DNA from: Paraphysomonas bandaiensis
Lineage: Eukaryota > Protista > Chrysophyceae
Direction: 5' to 3'
DNA: 64,000 nucleotides
Assembly (NCBI GenBank): GCA_965644295.1
Contig: CBFFRP010000029.1
Span: forward strand, 1 to 64,000
This document shows, in pieces, positions 62,782-64,000 of this stretch. The translations under genes and the position numbers were made by a program. Below the pieces are notes generated by a model. That model was not told where the DNA came from. It did no database searches and saw nothing but the letters and a program-made list of their open reading frames with translations. The stretch's first letter is position 1. Each line of letters begins with the position of its first letter.

Positions 62782-64000
62782 TCAAGGTCGGGAATCGCCG
62801 AAGCGATCCCTTCTCAAGATAGAAGTTGGATTGGATCTACCAGTGGAACCATCCTCAGCTTTCAGGAAAGCATTGAGCTTATCCCTCATCTCAACAGCCG
62901 AGGTTCTCAAGCACTGAGAATTGTGGTTGTATTTGCACTGTGGCTTGTTGCATTTCCCATACAACATCTGCCTCAGGCAACCGAATTTCTCAACTCTCGA
63001 ACTCGTATCACCAGCAGGTTTATCCTGAGAAGAAGCCATAAAAGAAACCTCTTGCTCATTAACAACTGCTGTAGGATCAGGTTCCAGATCCTGCGATGAT
63101 GTAACGTCCTTGGCTGAGCCACGACGTAAATCAATGTTACCCTCTTCATCATCTGAAGAACTAGGGTATTCGAGATTTATCTGCTCCGGACCTCGATCAA
63201 AATCCGAATCATCAGAAACATATCCATCAATGTGAGTGAGAGCATGTGAATCTCTGTTATTCCGATGATCATAGTCCTTGTAAGAAGTAGACCGCATCGG
63301 AGACGGATGTTTCTCATTATTCTTGGAAAACAAATCCCTTTTCCGTTTGTTGTACTCATCAAGTTTGTTTTTAGCCTCAATGTTAGCCTCAAACGGTAAC
63401 TGACGAGCTGCTAAGCAAATCTGATAATGATCTACTAAAATGGCCGTAAATTCATCGAAAAACTCGTTCATCGTGTCAAACTGTAGTTTATTCATGCACC
63501 CAAAGACATAACGAACATAATCCCTATCGTTCAAGTTTTTGAATAGTCTTACGAGCCCATATTCTTTGTCATCTACTCTGGGACACCAATCCTTATTAAA
63601 CTCCAACATAATGGATAACATGGTTCGAAACAAATCAATAAGTTTCAACTGTTGGAAGTAAAACTGTTCGAACGTGACAGTTGTCACTTTCCTCCACTCC
63701 ATGATCTTTATGTGTCTAAGAGAATCTCGTAGCTCCTCATAGAATCCCACACAATTAAAAACCTGAGTTTCCTTTGGAATTACACGCAGTAAGTCGGACA
63801 AATCCATCTCTGAAATCTCCGCATGACCGAGATGATACACTTCTCTTAGATGATCTCTTAATTCTCCAGAGACAACCTTTTGTAGACGCACAGTGGTCTG
63901 TTCCTCTTCTTGAAAATCCAAGATTTGTTTGACAGCTCTAGCCACTTTAGAAAGCTTTAGTTCATTGATACGAACTTTGCAAGTCCTTTCCTCACGCATT
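62782..64000 (-). CDS. gag: Gypsy Gag (5' end outside the window) with a CCCH zinc finger
   Basis: Open for 405 codons or more, upstream of and in frame with pol. Contains CLRQMLYGKCNKPQCKYNH. Confidence 0.85.
   Translation of the reverse strand, partial: MREERTCKVRINELKLSKVARAVKQILDFQEEEQTTVRLQKVVSGELRDHLREVYHLGHAEISEMDLSDLLRVIPKETQVFNCVGFYEELRDSLRHIKIMEWRKVTTVTFEQFYFQQLKLIDLFRTMLSIMLEFNKDWCPRVDDKEYGLVRLFKNLNDRDYVRYVFGCMNKLQFDTMNEFFDEFTAILVDHYQICLAARQLPFEANIEAKNKLDEYNKRKRDLFSKNNEKHPSPMRSTSYKDYDHRNNRDSHALTHIDGYVSDDSDFDRGPEQINLEYPSSSDDEEGNIDLRRGSAKDVTSSQDLEPDPTAVVNEQEVSFMASSQDKPAGDTSSRVEKFGCLRQMLYGKCNKPQCKYNHNSQCLRTSAVEMRDKLNAFLKAEDGSTGRSNPTSILRRDRFGDSRP

Noticed and set aside
62782-62784. 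UGA reassignment or selenocysteine
   Set aside because: Host genes here (AUX1-like, CCDC61, prominin-like) terminate at TGA, and no SECIS element or redox context was recognised.

Overview
A eukaryotic nuclear window, AT-rich, with many short GT-AG introns. CCDC61/VFL3 and a BART-domain gene point to a centriole-bearing, flagellated protist, most likely a stramenopile (inference). There are about 16 host genes, often in head-to-head pairs: an intronless AUX1/LAX-like permease, a PDI-like protein, a full-size ABCG transporter, MTA/SAH nucleosidase, a giant prominin/tweety-like 5-TM protein, a micro-exon zinc-finger gene, peptidase C45, a class 3 lipase, a DUF389 protein, CCDC61, an F-box/RanBP2-ZnF protein, an HSPA14-like Hsp70, two secreted Cys-rich proteins, a BART protein and a small NLS protein. 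They are interspersed with nested mobile-element relics (solo LTRs, MITEs, Copia, Harbinger and non-LTR fragments). Three observations stand out. (1) A full-length, TSD-flanked 541-bp non-autonomous retroposon starts exactly at an HDV-like ribozyme fold and shares its 3' tail with LINE-like fragments nearby. (2) An apparently intact Gypsy element has an IFDN RT active site, a CCCH zinc finger in Gag, and one in-frame UGA between gag and pol. (3) A plant-type AUX1/LAX auxin-carrier homolog sits in a non-plant genome. All family assignments come from motif recognition by eye, not database searches.
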